This document shows positions 61,016 to 64,000 of a stretch of 64,000 bases of DNA, in pieces; within the stretch, counting starts at the first letter, position 1, and every line of letters starts with the position of its first letter. The stretch is from NCBI GenBank assembly GCA_977030845.1, contig OZ365114.1, forward strand, positions 22,320,001 to 22,384,000, written 5' to 3'. This DNA comes from Fimbriosthenelais zetlandica. Its lineage: Eukaryota. The notes below the pieces were generated by a model. That model was given only the letters and a program-made list of their open reading frames with translations, did no database searches and was not told the DNA's origin. The position numbers were made by a program, and so were the translations under genes.

Positions 61016-64000
61016 GTCTCAAGCCTACCCAACGCCTGGTAAAGATCCAATAATGGCGAAGAGATGGCTCGCTGAGCCGTCCTTATCTGCTCCTTGACAA
61101 GTACAGAGATGTTGGCATCTGTGTCATCAGTAGACTAGGATAGGTCCAATAATGGCGGCTTTATTACAATGGACATATTGGAAAGCGTGTCAGCCAGACT
61201 GAATGACTATCAGCCGACGGTGGATTCATGTTACTGTCACACACTCAATGTCTTCAAGTGGAGGAATTCAGAGGATAACAAACTAAAAGGCAGACTTATT
61301 TGAGGCGGTGAAGATTTTTTTCCAGTAGCAGAAGAATCGGAGATTGTGTTGCCTCCATGTTGTCATAGGGCCAGCCATAAGCGATGAGGCAATTCTCAAG
61401 CACCTGTTTCCCTTCTTCAAATATGGGGTGTAAATAGGAATTGAAATTAAAAAAACTTCATAACTTTGATGTGCATTACCTATATTGGTAGTACTGTCTG
61501 AAGGAGAGTTGCTCTTTTTGTTAATTATTGGTCATTGTAGGCCCCGTTGTAGGCCTAAGACCTGTCCAGTAGGCTATATATTATAGGCCTAGAGAAGATT
61601 CGTAAATGTTCAGACAAATCCATCCTTCGACTGATAAGAAAACCAACCCTTGTAGAATCTTTGAAAGAGTGCACAGAGAAGGTTTGTTCTCTGTGATTAT
61701 GTATTCCTATAACACAATCCCCGACACCAGAGGGCCAGAGTAGAGGCTGAGACACAGTGAGATGGCCATTGTTAGCAAGCAACTGATCATAGTCCCCAAA
61801 TAATGGACGTCGTCACGTCGCCGGCCACTTTTGCACGTCTGCGCCTGGTGGGTGTGTGTGTCATTAAGTCCAATTTCCCGTCAGGAGATGAGAAATGTGC
61901 TCAAGGCTTCAATACCAGCGGTCAGAACTGTGAAAGAACACAAGGGGCGACTTTGCTCGCGACACCACCATCAATGTTACCTATTATCACCCAGTATTGT
62001 TTTCCACAAGTCATTTCCGCCGCAGGCGCGTTACAAGCTTGACGACACGTCAAGATGAAGCGTCGGGAAACCCAAATCTCGCCGCTGGTCTCGTGGACGG
62101 GAGCTTAAGCGGAGTTTCATGGTGAGATAATGATCATGAACGAAGGTTTCTGGTTACAGAAAAGTAAACCCTCGTCTGTGCACCTACCCCTCCCTCCTAT
62201 TGATTAGAACAAGCATGGAACATGTGCACTTGTAATTAGATGTCGCTGTCAACTTTTCAATGTTCTAATATAAAAGATGACTTTGCGGGTAAAATGATCC
62301 TCCCCTTCCCCTGATTCACCATCAGTCTGCATCCAATATATGGTTTGATTTCATTTCAAATCTATAGGCCTAAAATAAATATGTGGGAGATTTTACGTAT
62401 GCTCTGTCCTAAAAATTAAGGATTTTCTCCTTATAAAGGTAGGTCTACCCTTTTTCGTGAGAATGGATGTTTTTCTTCTCCCTATAGGCCTACACCATTC
62501 TCTCCACGGCTTGCGAGGCGCAGCACCCAATTCAGCTTGCAAACACTTTTTTAAAAGAATATGATCACACTATTACTCCTGCTTGTATTGCAACAAGCCA
62601 GAGGAAGGATTCTTCCAATAGACTCTTTTCGTTCCTAATCCTCAGGGATCTGTCTAACTAATACAATCATGCCCAATCCTCTTTGTCCCTCCCCTGGCCA
62701 GGCATTCTCTCCGCCTTGGATTAGCTCGCCTCACGCTCTTACAGCTTATTATCAGATCGCTTTATTCGCGGGCAAATTGCTCCATAATAAGACAGACGAA
62801 AGGTGTGCCTCGCCTGAGCTCTCAAACTAATGGAAGCAGTGCTTTTAATGGCGGCAGGTATTCGCCTGGCACCGAGAAACACACAGCCAAATGAACAGAA
62901 TAATGAGAAGTGATAATACCTATTCGCAAGAGTCCATTGCAATTATTCGCCCGTGTAGGAGCTGATAAAGGAGCAAGAAAGGAAGGGGGAGATAAATTGG
63001 AGGTGTGGCTGCTTGTACTAGGGTGTTGGGGGAGGGCGAGGGAGGGGGTGGGGTTGGTAGTGTATGGTAGGTGGGATGTGGATGCAACTAGATGCGGGCG
63101 ACCAAAATGAGATGGATAATATTTTGTCACAAAATTGTGGAAAACGGAAGGAGGGAAAGAGGTGTGGTATAAAGAAGTTGGGGGGAAGGTATAGGTCTAG
63201 TAGTTGTAATGGGAGAAAATGTGGTAAAATACATAATGATCTAGCTTTACAATCGCGATTCTAACCACCTGTAAACAGCATCCTTTTATTTGTTCAATGT
63301 TTCCAGTTGAACGATTTATCAGTTCGTAAAGTTCATCTGCGTGCACTTATCTAAATGAATTTAACACATTATGATGTATTTATACGGGGTTTTTCCTTTT
63401 ATATTCAGATTTACAGGATCAACCAATTACTCATATATGATGATAACACAAAGCAATAAAATTCATTTCCATAAAGGCACTTCGGGAAAGCCATTTAAAA
63501 AAATGCTTTCTGTCCATGAAAGGAATTCTTTCAAGATTAACTGGGTGCCAAATGCAAACCTGGGATGCCAAGTGCAAACTGCAAAGACAAAGTGAAAAGG
63601 ATGATGGTGCATGTCAGGCAGCATAACACTAATATAAATGAAGCCCTAAGTTTGAAAGCATCCATAATAGGACTGAAGAAAAGGAGGAGGCAAGAAAAAC
63701 AACAGTCCTAGGCAAAAAAGGGTAAATCTGCAATTCCTCCTTTGCTGCGAATGAAAGCGGGAAGGAAGGGACTGGAAATGAGAGGCGTGGTGCGTGAAAG
63801 TAAAAGACAGGCTTAATGGAATGGCAGGAATGACGTGCCCTTTTTACCGACCAATTGTAACAGTCTGCCTTTTATTCGCTTCAGCATTTCCAGGCTTCCA
63901 AATAACGTGTGTAATTGTCATAATTTTCTTCTTTATAAGAGGCTATTTTGTAATGGACTTTGAGAAAGCCCCTGAATTCTAATTGTGTCAAGTACACGCG

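Noticed and set aside
61107-61120. AGATGTTGGCAT resembling part of miR-31; TCTTTGGTTA near 10670 resembling miR-9
   Set aside because: The miR-31 match lacks the seed, the miR-9 match stops after 10 nt, and I saw no precursor hairpin for either.

Overview
Animal (probably marine invertebrate) genomic DNA, about 40% GC by eye; I cannot identify the species. It holds two intronless, head-to-tail SoxB2 (Sox14/Sox21-type) HMG-box genes on the minus strand: copy A at 9302-10261 (319 aa) and copy B at 58101-59003 (300 aa). About 48 kb without a recognisable gene separates them. That interval carries short CpG-rich patches with Sox, POU, homeodomain, ETS/CRE, YY1 and CTCF-like motifs, two minisatellites, small inverted-repeat elements and two probable decayed LINE reverse-transcriptase fragments. 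The strongest signal is that the paralogues are barely alignable outside the HMG/B-homology region yet 94% identical in DNA across it (16 differences in 263 bp, mostly silent). This suggests domain-restricted gene conversion. Both genes also share a CCAAT-KLF-Sox-CCAAT promoter module with near-identical spacing. All regulatory calls are motif-only predictions. The other ORFs in the track look spurious.
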